Positions 9,659-19,249 of a stretch of 44,596 nucleotides of DNA are shown here, piece after piece. The DNA comes from Vulcanimicrobiota bacterium (GTDB lineage Bacteria > Vulcanimicrobiota > Vulcanimicrobiia > Vulcanimicrobiales > Vulcanimicrobiaceae): the NCBI GenBank assembly GCA_003135555.1, contig PLCF01000020.1, positions 1 to 44,596 on the forward strand, given 5' to 3'. Below the pieces are notes generated by a model, which was given only the letters and a program-made list of their open reading frames with translations, did no database searches and was not told the origin of the DNA. The number at the start of each line of letters is the position of its first letter. The stretch's first letter is position 1. The position numbers and the translations under genes were made by a program.

Positions 9659-10207
9659 ATGGCTGAAAGCGCTTCGTCCGTCCTCACGCCTTGGTCGAAC
9701 TTCTACATCATGACCGGCTCGGCAGCTGCCTCCCTGACCGGGTTGATGTTCGTCGTGATCACGTTGGTCACCGGAGTGGAGCGCTTACGCCGGGCCCCCG
9801 ACGGAATCTCGGCCTTCAGCACGCCGACGGTCGTGCACTTCGGCACCGTACTGCTCGTCTCGGCGATTCTCAGCGCTCCTTGGCGCTCGCTGGCCTACCC
9901 CGCCACGGTGCTCGGGATCGCCGGCCTGTGCGGGATAGCATACCTGTCGCGTGTGACGTTCCTTGCGGGGCGGCTCAGGGCGTACAAGCCGGATCTCGAG
10001 GACTGGACTTGGTATATGTTCCTGCCGTTCGTCGCGTACGGCACGGTCCTCGCGAGCGCGATCGTGCTGTTCGCCTTCCCGGTGCAAGCGCTATTCGTGC
10101 TCGCAGCGGGCGTCGCGCTGCTGACCTTCATCGGCATTCGCAATGCCTGGGACATCGTGACGTTCATTGCGATCGGCGACCACGACGAACCGCCGAAGCC
10201 GCCCTAG
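9659..10207 (+). CDS. Integral membrane hypothetical protein
   Basis: About five hydrophobic segments; W-x-N-F-Y...GSAAASLTGLMFV and NAWD motifs; starts 3 nt after the oxidase stop. Confidence 0.75.
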   Translation: MAESASSVLTPWSNFYIMTGSAAASLTGLMFVVITLVTGVERLRRAPDGISAFSTPTVVHFGTVLLVSAILSAPWRSLAYPATVLGIAGLCGIAYLSRVTFLAGRLRAYKPDLEDWTWYMFLPFVAYGTVLASAIVLFAFPVQALFVLAAGVALLTFIGIRNAWDIVTFIAIGDHDEPPKPP

Positions 10208-11121
10208 GACTTCACCTTAGGCGTCGGCGAGGGTGACGCCGCGGTCGCGGCCGGTTGCGGCGATGCGGCTGGAATCGCCGGCGCCGGCGCCGGCGAAGAC
10301 GTCGGCGTACTCGACGGACTGGGCGCCGGCGGCGGAACGCATGCGGGCGTTTCGATCTGCACCTTGAGGCCCTTCGCAATCACTCGCGGCGTCGGCACGG
10401 GGGTAGGTTCCGGAGACGGCGTGGCCGTCGGTTCCGGAGTCGGCGTCGCAGTCGGTCGCGGCGTGGGCGTTGTTCTCGCCCGCGCCGGCCCCTTTCGCGG
10501 CGCCGCCGTTGCTACGACGGCCGGGGTCGGCGTCGCGCGCGGCGGCGGCGTCGGCGTGGGCACCGGCGTCGGACAGGGGACGGCGTCGGCATAGTAGTGC
10601 TCGGTAAAGCCTATCGCGATGTCCTTCTTGATCAATTTACCGAAGTAGGTCGTCGGGAACTGCGTCGTAATCCGATTGATGTAGGTCCATGCTTTTTCCT
10701 GATTCGGCTTCAACCAGATCTTGCGATGGATATCGATCGCCAGAAAGTAGGTGCGTGCTAGCTGCGGGTCGTGCGGAAAATGGTTGGTCCAATCACGCAG
10801 CGCGTCGTCCGCAAACTCGACCTTGTTGACGATCGCCGGGTCCACGGTATGATCCCCCGCAGTTATCGCCGCATCTCGAAACGTGTTGTTGATCCCGAGA
10901 AAGCTCAGCTTCATTCGCCCGAAATATTGATCCGCAGGCGCAGAGGCATGGTATTCTTCCTGCTGCTGGCGTTGGAATTTTGACGGCGGCGCCGGCGATC
11001 GTGCCGGCGGACTCGCGGACGATCGTGCCGGCGACGGCGCGGGTGTACGCTGACTACTCGGCGCAGCAGCAAGGAGGCTCATGACGCTGATCATCACGAC
11101 GGCGACGGCAAGAAGGTTCAC
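10204..11121 (-). CDS. Secreted Pro/Thr-rich protein (start uncertain; GTG 11121 or ATG 11154)
   Basis: Hydrophobic signal (VNLLAVAVVMISVMSLLAA), globular core (APADQYFGRMKLS...FPHDPQL), long PT/PA-rich linkers. Confidence 0.7.
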   Translation of the reverse strand: MNLLAVAVVMISVMSLLAAAPSSQRTPAPSPARSSASPPARSPAPPSKFQRQQQEEYHASAPADQYFGRMKLSFLGINNTFRDAAITAGDHTVDPAIVNKVEFADDALRDWTNHFPHDPQLARTYFLAIDIHRKIWLKPNQEKAWTYINRITTQFPTTYFGKLIKKDIAIGFTEHYYADAVPCPTPVPTPTPPPRATPTPAVVATAAPRKGPARARTTPTPRPTATPTPEPTATPSPEPTPVPTPRVIAKGLKVQIETPACVPPPAPSPSSTPTSSPAPAPAIPAASPQPAATAASPSPTPKVKS

Positions 11122-11669
11122 GGGAACCCTTTTACCACCATAGCGCACATCCATGCGAACGACGATGCTCGTTCGATTGCATACAGGCATGGGCAGCGTT
11201 ACAAGGTAGCGGCAGGCGTGCGCCGCTCCCCTATGCCGAGACGTGCGGCCAACGATGCGCGCCAGGTGGCAGCGACTACATAGGGCGAAGACGCGGGGCC
11301 CCGCGCGACATTGTCGTCGATCCGCGGGTCGCTCCAACCTGGGTTTTCCAAGCGATATATGCTCCCTAGCCTAGTCGCCGCCGCGCTTTTCAGCGCCGCG
11401 GTGAACTCCGACGTTGAAGTCGGTTGCGCAGCGACACCGTCACCAAGCGGCGCTCTCCACTTTGAGGCACACTTGGGGGCGGCGGGACCCGCCATTGCCA
11501 TCGACCGAACGGCGGCCAGTTCGTGGTCGCTGAGGAGCGACGGCTCGCATGCCACGATGGGGTGCGAAGCTGCTCGGCGACCCTCGCGCCGGCGAGGTCG
11601 TCACCGTCGATTCGCTTGTCATCGCGCTGCGCACGACGTTCGGCGCATCGAGCGCCGCCGGCTCGAACG

Positions 11670-12137
11670 TCAGAGGCCGAGCTCGGACAAGCCGGGATGG
11701 TCGTCCGGTCGCCGCACACCTGCCCACCGAAACCGCCGCTCGGCCTCGGCGATCGGGGCGTCGTTGATGCTCGCCTCGCGGCGACGCATGAGGCCGCTCG
11801 CGTCGAACTCCCACTGCTCGTTTCCGTGGCTGCGAAACCAATTGCCGTCCGCGTCATGCGACTCGTACGCGAAACGCACTGCAATGCGATCTCCGTGGAA
11901 CGCCCAGACTTCCTTGACGAGCCGGTACTCGAGCTCGGCTGTCCATTTTCGGTGCAAGAACGCCACGATCGCTTCGCGTCCGGAGAAGAACTCCGAGCGA
12001 TTTCGCCAGCGGCTGTCCGCGGTGTAGGCACCGGCGACCCGCTCGGGGTCGCGGCTGTTCCAAGCATCCTCGGCAAGGCGCGCCTTGAGGGCCGCAGTTT
12101 CAGCGGTAAACGGTGGGAGCGGCGGACGTTCAGACAT
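11670..12137 (-). CDS. DUF1348 / SnoaL-like NTF2-fold protein
   Basis: RPPLPPFT...[10 protein letters not shown]...WRNRSEF...IAVRFAYE...GNEQWEFD family motifs. Confidence 0.9.
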   Translation of the reverse strand: MSERPPLPPFTAETAALKARLAEDAWNSRDPERVAGAYTADSRWRNRSEFFSGREAIVAFLHRKWTAELEYRLVKEVWAFHGDRIAVRFAYESHDADGNWFRSHGNEQWEFDASGLMRRREASINDAPIAEAERRFRWAGVRRPDDHPGLSELGL

Positions 12138-12230
12138 CAGGCCCGAGGCTTCGCCACGGGGTCGGCGTCAGCCATCTAGCGGCGGACAAGGGCCCGCACC
12201 GGCGGCACCAGAACCGCCTCCGATTCAAAC

Positions 12231-12785
12231 GTGCGTGCTGATGTGATCCCGGTCTTGACGACCGAGCGCCTGCGGCTTCGCGCCCATCGGCTCGAAGACT
12301 TCACCGCGTTCGCGGCGATGTGGGCCGATCCGCGCGTGACGGAGTTCATCAGCGGTCGGCCCTCGACCGAGGAGCTCTCGTGGGCGCGGCTGTTGCGCTA
12401 CGCCGGGCACTGGGCGCTGCTCGGATTCGGGTACTGGGCGATCGAGGAACGCGCGAGCGGCCTATTTGCCGGCGAGCTCGGCTTCGCCGACTACCATCGC
12501 GCGATCGAGCCGCCGCTCGACGGCGTGCCGGAATTGGGCTGGATCCTCGCGCCGGCATTTTTCGGCAAAGGCTACGCCACCGAAGCCGCCCGCGCGGTGA
12601 GCGCGTGGGGCGACACGCATTTCGGCGGGCGCACCGTTTGCTTGATCGATCCGCGCAACGTTGCGTCGATTCGGGTCGCCGAAAAGTGCGGCTTTCACGA
12701 ATCGGCGCGGCCGCTCTATCTCGGCGAGCCGACGATCCTGTTCGAGCGCGTCAATTCCCGTCGAGCGCCTCCTTCACAGCCGTGA
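12231..12785 (+). CDS. GNAT family N-acetyltransferase (RimJ/RimL-like)
   Basis: LTTERLRLR, GHWALLGFGYW, ELGW, GKGYATEAA, NVASIRVAEKCGF. Confidence 0.9.
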   Translation: MRADVIPVLTTERLRLRAHRLEDFTAFAAMWADPRVTEFISGRPSTEELSWARLLRYAGHWALLGFGYWAIEERASGLFAGELGFADYHRAIEPPLDGVPELGWILAPAFFGKGYATEAARAVSAWGDTHFGGRTVCLIDPRNVASIRVAEKCGFHESARPLYLGEPTILFERVNSRRAPPSQP

Positions 12786-13949
12786 AGCGCGGGGTGCGGT
12801 CGCGCGCCGGATCGCCTGCACCGCTGCGGCGACCTGCGCGTCAGCCAACGCCCGGCCGTGCTCGGCGCTCGCAGCTCGCGGATCGGTTCCGTAGACGCCG
12901 TCCGCGGCGACCGGCTGCGGCGCCGCGCGCAACGATTGCAGCCGCACCATCGACGGATCGACCGCGAGCATCAGCGAGGTGTCGTCGAGGTCGGCGTGGC
13001 CGCCGCCGGCGCGGTAGTAGCCGGCGATGAAATGTGCGCGCGCGGGCGTCGATTCCCAGCGCCGGTTGAGGCGCTCCGCTACGGCCGCGAGGTTGGCCTG
13101 ATAGCCGCCGTGGTCCCCGAGCAGTACGACGTCCTTGAACCCATGGACGCGAAAGCTGTCGGCCGCCGCTTCGAGCGTTGCCTCGAACACGCCGGGCGGC
13201 ACGCTGATCGTGCCCGGGAAGCGCATGTGCGCCGCCGGCGGATGGAGCGCTCCTTCGGGAACGTACGCGATCACCGGTGCGACCAGCGCGTTGCGCAGCG
13301 CCCGCGCGATCCGCTCCGAAAGGACTTCGACGCGCCGGTTGTGCTTGCCCAGCGCAACGTACGGTCCGCTCTGCTCGGTGCCGCCGGTCGGAAGGATGAT
13401 CGTTGTCTTCCCGGCGTGTACCGCGTCGCGAACTTCGGTCCAGGTGAGGCGCTCCACGAAGACGGTATCGGGGACGGCGGTGTTCTGCGGCGCCGCTACC
13501 TTGGTGAGCTTTCCGGCGCGTAGCGCGTAGGTCGTCTGCGCCCTTTTCGTGCAGTCGGTGTCGTCGCATTGGTCCACGTACAAACGCTGGTTTGCGAAGC
13601 GCACGTGGATCGAGCTGGGCCCGCTTCCCCAGTCGGCACCCCAGTTGGCAACGGCGACCTGCGCAAGGAACACCGCGCCGGCATTGCGCTCAGCGAACAC
13701 GTAGGCCGCCGCTGTTCCGCCGACCGGATAGTCGCAGGCCAGCACGACCACCGCCTGACGCGTCCCCGCTTGGAGGCTGCCCTCCTTGACGGAGTCGACG
13801 TGCAGGTCGAACCCGGCCGCCATCTTGGGGTCGAAATAGGAAAAGCTGCCCCGGCGCATCACGGCCGCGACGGGTACGTTCGCCCAGCACGGATTGGTGG
13901 CGTAGGTGAAGTTCATGAAGTCGACAGCACCGAGCAACGCGACGATCAT
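12774..13949 (-). CDS. Creatininase/mycofactocin-peptidase-like amidohydrolase with an extra N-terminal domain
   Basis: C-terminal part has LTWTEV, PTGGTEQSGP, FPGTISV, GDHGG and GHAD..DTS motifs; about 155-aa unrelated N-terminus. Confidence 0.75.
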   Translation of the reverse strand: MIVALLGAVDFMNFTYATNPCWANVPVAAVMRRGSFSYFDPKMAAGFDLHVDSVKEGSLQAGTRQAVVVLACDYPVGGTAAAYVFAERNAGAVFLAQVAVANWGADWGSGPSSIHVRFANQRLYVDQCDDTDCTKRAQTTYALRAGKLTKVAAPQNTAVPDTVFVERLTWTEVRDAVHAGKTTIILPTGGTEQSGPYVALGKHNRRVEVLSERIARALRNALVAPVIAYVPEGALHPPAAHMRFPGTISVPPGVFEATLEAAADSFRVHGFKDVVLLGDHGGYQANLAAVAERLNRRWESTPARAHFIAGYYRAGGGHADLDDTSLMLAVDPSMVRLQSLRAAPQPVAADGVYGTDPRAASAEHGRALADAQVAAAVQAIRRATAPRASRL

Positions 13950-13964
13950 GCTGCCGAACCGCGC

Positions 13965-15296
13965 TTACGCGTACATCCCCGTATGATGGCTGCGCCGTTC
14001 CGATCGCCACCCTACGCCGCTGCCCGGATCGGCGACGACCGCCGCGGCTGCGGCGAGATCCTCCGGATCGATCTCGCTTGCGTGCGCGCGAGCATACGCG
14101 AGCTCGGCGCGCGCTTGCGCGCCGCGATGGTCGAGCGCGTAGGCCCGCGCCAGGAGCACGGCGGCCTGCGGGCGGTAGTAGCGGTTCACCGCGCCGAACT
14201 GCCTGAAGGCTTCGATCGCGCGCCCGATGTCGCCCCGCGCTGCGTACGCTTCACCGATCGTCGCCAGCACGTCCGTGCGCTGGGGCGAGAGTTCGAGCGC
14301 CTCGCGCGAGTACGCGATGGCGTCGCCGAAGCGCCGGTCTTGATACGCGGCCTTCCCGAGCCACGCGACGGCCGCTACCGACAGGGGGTCGAGGTCGGCA
14401 GCGAGCTTCAGCCGGGCGACGCCTTCGGACATCCGGCCGCGACCGATCAGCGCGATGCCGTACCATTCCTGAGCCGGGCTGTAGGCCGGGTCGAGCACGA
14501 TTGCGCGTTGCAGCTCGGCCAGCGCGGCCGTCGCGTCGTTGCGGTAGAGCGCGACGAAGCCGAACGCGGCATGTGCCTCCGCGGAGTTCGGGTCCAGCGC
14601 GACCGCCTTGCGAGCGTACTCACGCGCGCGCGCAAAGTACACCGCGGGCCGATGCGTTCCGTAGCAGTAATCGCCCATCGACAGGTTCGCGTCGGCGAGC
14701 GCCGCATAGCCGCGCGCGCTGCCCGGATCGCTGTCGACCACCTGCGCGAAGTAGCCCAAGCTCTTGCGCACGCCCTCGCGCGTGCGCAGGTTCCAGTAGT
14801 AGCGCCCGATTTGATACAGGCGCGCCCCGTTGTCGGAGAGCGCTCCCGGCGCCGCCCGGTGCTCTCCAGAGCCGTAACCCGGCGCGAGCGCCAGCGCTGC
14901 CGCGACGAATGCGACGCCCGCGAGCGCGGCGGCCAGCCGGCGACCGAACGCGCGCCGCGCCGGCGGGCGCGGCGGCGCGAGCGCCGCGGCCAGCCGCACC
15001 GGCAAGGTCAAACGGTAGCCGCGGCGCGGTACGGTCTCGATCGGATCGGGGCTTCCGTGCTCACGGAAGGTTTTGCGCAGCACGTGGATGTTCTGCGTGA
15101 GATTCGCTTCTTCGACGAAGCCTTCGGGCCAAATGCGATCCATGAGGCCCGTTTTGGCGAGCACGTCGCCCGGATGCTCGGCGAGCGCCAACAGCGTTTC
15201 CACGACCTTGCGCCCTAGCGCCACGGGCTGTGCGCCGCGCATCAGCAGCAACTGATCCGCGTTCAGCCGGAAGGGGCCAACCTCGTAGACACGCAT
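13965..15296 (-). CDS. CadC/ToxR-like regulator: OmpR-type winged HTH, TM segment, TPR repeats
   Basis: YEVGPFRL...LMDRIWP..FVEEANLTQNIHVLRK...IETVPRRGYR, a hydrophobic segment, then TPRs (ALDPNSAEAH, LDPLS). Confidence 0.85.
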   Translation of the reverse strand: MRVYEVGPFRLNADQLLLMRGAQPVALGRKVVETLLALAEHPGDVLAKTGLMDRIWPEGFVEEANLTQNIHVLRKTFREHGSPDPIETVPRRGYRLTLPVRLAAALAPPRPPARRAFGRRLAAALAGVAFVAAALALAPGYGSGEHRAAPGALSDNGARLYQIGRYYWNLRTREGVRKSLGYFAQVVDSDPGSARGYAALADANLSMGDYCYGTHRPAVYFARAREYARKAVALDPNSAEAHAAFGFVALYRNDATAALAELQRAIVLDPAYSPAQEWYGIALIGRGRMSEGVARLKLAADLDPLSVAAVAWLGKAAYQDRRFGDAIAYSREALELSPQRTDVLATIGEAYAARGDIGRAIEAFRQFGAVNRYYRPQAAVLLARAYALDHRGAQARAELAYARAHASEIDPEDLAAAAAVVADPGSGVGWRSERRSHHTGMYA

Positions 15297-15462
15297 CGCG
15301 CTCTCCCCGTCAAAGAGATCTTTGATGGTTTTCTGAGGACGGTCTTCGGGGTCCGGGGTCATGCTTGACCACGATGACGACGCACCTCGACCCTGCTGGA
15401 TATCCGCCGGCCGCCCGCGGGTTTCGCCGCACCGGCCAAGGGTCCCCATCCCGGGAGGCATC

Positions 15463-15975
15463 ATGAGACGATCCTTGGTTTTGCTCGTGGCGGCCGGCGT
15501 GCTGCTGCTCCCCGCGCCTTCCCAGGCGTATGCCGACGCGGCGGATCGGAGCGCGATGCGATCCGTGCAGTATCTCGTCGGCACGTGGAACTGCGCGCAC
15601 ACGGTCGGCGACTTCTCGGGGACGTACACGACGAGCTTTGCGAACGCGTTCGACAACACGTGGCTCAAGCAACGCTACGACTTCCCCGCGACGAAGACCG
15701 AGCCGGCCTGGTACGGCGAATTCTTCTTCGGCTACGATGGGCGCGTCCCGCGCTGGGTGCGCTTCGGCGCGATGAGCACGGGCCAGTATTTCGCCATGGT
15801 CAGCAACGGCGCCGGCGTCGCCAGCATCATCTGGGACTACCGCCTGCCGAGCGTGGTGAGCGGCAACGCGACGTGGACGAAGAAATCCGATACGGAGTTT
15901 ACGATCGACGGCCCCAGCTATCCCGAGAACGGGCGGACCGTCACCGAACACCACATCTGCAAGAAGTCTTCCTAG
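15463..15975 (+). CDS. Secreted hypothetical beta-barrel protein (DUF1579-like)
   Basis: GGAGG RBS before ATG 15463; signal peptide; YLVGTWNC motif; divergent from the wHTH-TPR regulator. Confidence 0.7.
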   Translation: MRRSLVLLVAAGVLLLPAPSQAYADAADRSAMRSVQYLVGTWNCAHTVGDFSGTYTTSFANAFDNTWLKQRYDFPATKTEPAWYGEFFFGYDGRVPRWVRFGAMSTGQYFAMVSNGAGVASIIWDYRLPSVVSGNATWTKKSDTEFTIDGPSYPENGRTVTEHHICKKSS

Positions 15976-15984
15976 GCTTCCTAG

Positions 15985-16359
15985 CTAGCGAACGGTATGC
16001 CCGGCCATCTCGAGCGCGGCCGTCGCTTGCGCGAGATCGTCCTGGCGGACCAGGATGTGGTCCGTGTCGTAGGTTGAGATGCCGAAGATCGAGATGCCCG
16101 CATCGGCGAGCGGCTGCGCGAGCTGCGCGATGATGCCGGTCTGCGCGAAGTCCAGCGTTCCGGCGACCACCAAACACCGAAACGCGCGCTGCACCTCGGT
16201 GTGCTCGGCCGGCACCGCGTCCTCGCGGCAGACGATCGAGAGCTCGGTCCGCGAACGAACGACGGCCACGAACTCGTGCCCGGCGACCCAGGGCGGTACG
16301 GCGGCATCCGCGCCAAGCCGCGCGATGGCGTAGGTTTCGGAGAGCGTGCGCAGTTCCAC
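15985..16359 (-). CDS. ACT domain protein (ACT_7/CASTOR-like)
   Basis: ELSIVC, LDFAQTGIIA..AQPLADAGISIFGISTYDTDHILV. Confidence 0.9.
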   Translation of the reverse strand: MELRTLSETYAIARLGADAAVPPWVAGHEFVAVVRSRTELSIVCREDAVPAEHTEVQRAFRCLVVAGTLDFAQTGIIAQLAQPLADAGISIFGISTYDTDHILVRQDDLAQATAALEMAGHTVR

Positions 16360-16433
16360 GCAACCCGCTTCAGCTTCGCGTGGAGCGCTCCTCGCGACAG
16401 GCCCCCCGGGGCCGCCGAGCCAAGCCTCTTGGC

Positions 16434-16640
16434 ATGGACGAAGACAGGTTCAACATATCGGTCCGCAAGTTTCTCAAGGAAGTCGGCGTGACGTCGCAGC
16501 GCGAGATCGAGAAGGCCGCCCGCGAGGCCCTGGGCAGCGGCCGGCTCGACGGAACCGCGACGCTCGACGCGACGATGACCCTGCGGATCGGCGCGCTCGG
16601 CGTTACGCACGTCGTCGACGGCCACATCGACGTCGGCTAG
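16434..16640 (+). CDS. Small conserved protein (DUF6494-like)
   Basis: MDEDRFNISVRKFLKEVGVTSQREIE...HVVDGHI. Confidence 0.75.
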   Translation: MDEDRFNISVRKFLKEVGVTSQREIEKAAREALGSGRLDGTATLDATMTLRIGALGVTHVVDGHIDVG

Positions 16641-16834
16641 AGCGTCTCTTTTCCGATGCCGCCGTGGAGCTGCTCATCGATCTCGGCTTGGCAGCCGCTA
16701 TGTGCGCAGCCGCACGTGATGATGGCCGGGTCGCGCCCGTCGGGCGAATCGCAGTAGGGGCTGCACGTCGCATCCTTCAGCGGAACCTGGCAGAGGCAGG
16801 CAAGGTTGTCGCACCGTTTCGTGTCCTCGTTCAT
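16637..16834 (-). CDS. Bacterial metallothionein-like Cys-rich protein
   Basis: 65 aa with 8 Cys: CDNLACLC...CSPYC...CGCAHSGC, resembling the SmtA/BmtA pattern. Confidence 0.7.
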   Translation of the reverse strand: MNEDTKRCDNLACLCQVPLKDATCSPYCDSPDGRDPAIITCGCAHSGCQAEIDEQLHGGIGKETL

Positions 16835-16897
16835 GCCTGTCGTCTACCCCACGGGGAGCAAGGCCCGACCCGCGCAGCGATCCCAGGAAGCGCCTCA

Positions 16898-17438
16898 GTG
16901 AGCCGGATCCACGACATCGGCGGCCTGCACGGCTTCGGCGCGCTCGCGATCGAGAACGACGAGCCGCCCTTTCACCACGAGTGGGAAGCGCGCGTTTTCG
17001 CCATCAATCGCTTCTTGCTCGAGGCGCCGGCTGGTACACGCTCGACGAGTTCCGGGACGCGATCGAACGGATGCCGCCCGCAGACTATCTGGCGGCGTCG
17101 TACTACCAACGCTGGCTGCACGCGGTCGAAGCGCTCGATCCACGACCAAGGGCGTACTCCCTGTTCGCCGTGGGTGATCGCGGTCCGCACGCGGGTGATG
17201 AACCCCGCCGGACACACCCGCCTGCCGACCTATCGTGCGCGGACGTCCGGGCCGCATCGAGTACGTTTTGGGCACGCTTCCGTTCTCCGACGCGCCGCGC
17301 CGCGGGTGTCGTCGGCGCGACGCAGACGGCGTACACCGTGCGCTTCGCGACCGCCGATGTGTGGGGCGCCGACGGCGACCCAGGCGCGGGAGCGTCTGCG
17401 CCGATCTGTTCGAATCCTATCTTGGAGATGCCGAATGA
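16898..17438 (+). pseudogene. nthB: Nitrile hydratase beta-subunit-like gene, multiply frameshifted (pseudogene or sequencing error)
   Basis: Segments HDIGG..GFG, EPPFHHEWEARVF, DEFRDAIERM..YL..SYYQRW, GHTRLP.Y.RG, YTVRF...VWG and DLFESYL lie in different frames. Confidence 0.75.
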
Positions 17439-18029
17439 GTCACGTCCACGAGACGTCGGGGAGCGCGGCGAACCGCGTGAAATCGCTCGTCGCCGCGTTG
17501 GAGGGGGCCGGGCGTGCTCACCGAGCAGACGGCTCGACGACGCCGTCGCGTCGTTCCTGGGCCGCGCGCAGCCCGCCACCGGCGCGCGCGTGGTCGCGCG
17601 TGCCTGGGTCGAGGCCGGGTTTCGCAGCCGTTTGCTCGAGGACGGAAATGCTGCCGTCAGCCGAGCTGGGCATCGATCTGGCGCATTGGGCGCCGGTGAA
17701 GCTGCGCGTGGTTGCGAACGAGCCGGGCCGGCACAATCTCATCGTCTGCACGCTGTGCTCGTGCTATCCGCTCGCGCTGCTGGGCCCGTCGCCGAGCCTG
17801 GTACAAGAGCGAGGCCTACCGCTCGCGCGCGGTTCGCGATCCGCGCAGCATCCTGGCCGAGTTCGGGACGCAGCTCGCTCCGGGCGTCGAGATCACGGTG
17901 TGGGATAGCACGGCCGAAGTGCGCTACCTGGTGCTGCCGGAGCGCCCCGCGGGCACCGCGGGCGCGCGTGAGGACGAGTTGGCCGCGCTGGTGACGCGCG
18001 ACGGCCTCATCGGCACGGCATTGGTATAG
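17435..18029 (+). pseudogene. nthA: Co-type nitrile hydratase alpha-subunit-like gene, multiply frameshifted
   Basis: [18 protein letters not shown] metal motif, [30 protein letters not shown] across frames; ATGA overlap with the beta gene. Confidence 0.8.
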
Positions 18030-18074
18030 GCGCGCCCGACAGGTTCGCTTCGCCGCTCGCGGTACTCTAGGCGC

Positions 18075-19247
18075 ATGGCTGAAGCCTACATCGTCGGCGC
18101 CGTGCGGACCGCCGGCGGTCGCAAAGGCGGGAAGTTGGCGGAGTGGCATCCCGCCGACCTCGCGGGGCACGTGCTCGATGCGCTGCTCGAACGTACCGGC
18201 ACCGATCCCGAGGCTGTCGAAGACGTCATCCTGGGCTGCGTCGTGCAGATCGGCCAGCAGGCGGTCAACGTCGCGCGCAACGCGGTCCTGGCGTCGCGAC
18301 TCCCCCAGAGCGTGCCGGGAACGACGATCGACCGGCAGTGCGGATCGTCGCAGCAGGCGCTCCACTTCGCGGCGCAGGCGGTGATGTCGGGCGCGATGGA
18401 CATCGTCATCGCGGGCGGCGTCGAGAGCATGAGCCGGGTCCCGATCGGTCTGTCCACCGCCTTGCCCGCGCAGAACGGTTTCGGCACGTACAAGAGCCCG
18501 GCCATGGAGGCAAAGTACCCGGGCGTGAAGTTCAGCCAGTTCACCGGCGCGGAGATGATGGCACGCAAGTACGATCTCTCACGCGAGCAGCTCGACGCGT
18601 ACAGTTACGACAGCCACCGCAAAGCGATCGCAGCGACCCAAGCCGGATCGTTCGCCGAAGAGATCGTTCCAGTCGACGTGTCGCTCGCCGACGGCACCAC
18701 CGTTCGACATGCGGTCGACGAGGGGATCCGATTCGACGCGAGCCTCGAAGCGATGCGGGCCGTAAAGCTGCTGCACGAAGACGGTCGCGTCACCGCCGCG
18801 AGCTCGAGCCAGATCTGCGACGGCGCCTCGGCCTGCCTGGTTGTCAACGAGCGTGGGCTCGCGTCGCTGGGCGTCACGCCACGCGCGCGCATCCACCACA
18901 TGAGCGTGATGGGCCACGATCCGGTGATCATGCTCGAAGCCCCGATCCCCGCGACCCAACGCGCGCTGCGCAAGGCGGGGATGACGATCGACGACATCGA
19001 CCTGTTCGAAGTGAACGAGGCGTTCGCGCCCGTCCCGCTGGCGTGGCTGCGCGAGACCGGCGCCGACCCCGCCAAGCTCAACGTCCACGGCGGCGCGATC
19101 GCGCTGGGGCATCCGCTGGGAAGTTCCGGGACGAAGCTGATGACGACGCTGCTGCACGCGCTCGAACGCCGCGGCGGGCGGTACGGCCTCCAGACGATGT
19201 GCGAAGGCGGCGGCCTGGCGAACGTCACCATCATCGAGCGGCTCTGA
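18075..19247 (+). CDS. Acetyl-CoA C-acyltransferase (thiolase)
   Basis: RQCGSS catalytic Cys, NEAFA, GGAIALGHPLG and MCEGGG motifs. Confidence 0.95.
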   Translation: MAEAYIVGAVRTAGGRKGGKLAEWHPADLAGHVLDALLERTGTDPEAVEDVILGCVVQIGQQAVNVARNAVLASRLPQSVPGTTIDRQCGSSQQALHFAAQAVMSGAMDIVIAGGVESMSRVPIGLSTALPAQNGFGTYKSPAMEAKYPGVKFSQFTGAEMMARKYDLSREQLDAYSYDSHRKAIAATQAGSFAEEIVPVDVSLADGTTVRHAVDEGIRFDASLEAMRAVKLLHEDGRVTAASSSQICDGASACLVVNERGLASLGVTPRARIHHMSVMGHDPVIMLEAPIPATQRALRKAGMTIDDIDLFEVNEAFAPVPLAWLRETGADPAKLNVHGGAIALGHPLGSSGTKLMTTLLHALERRGGRYGLQTMCEGGGLANVTIIERL

Positions 19248-19249
19248 CG

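Noticed and set aside
10210..10590. ggcgtc/gtcggc short repeats
   Set aside because: They simply encode the Pro/Thr-rich linker.
16898..18029. Programmed frameshifting in the NHase genes
   Set aside because: Too many shifts and no slippery sequences; sequencing error or decay is more parsimonious.
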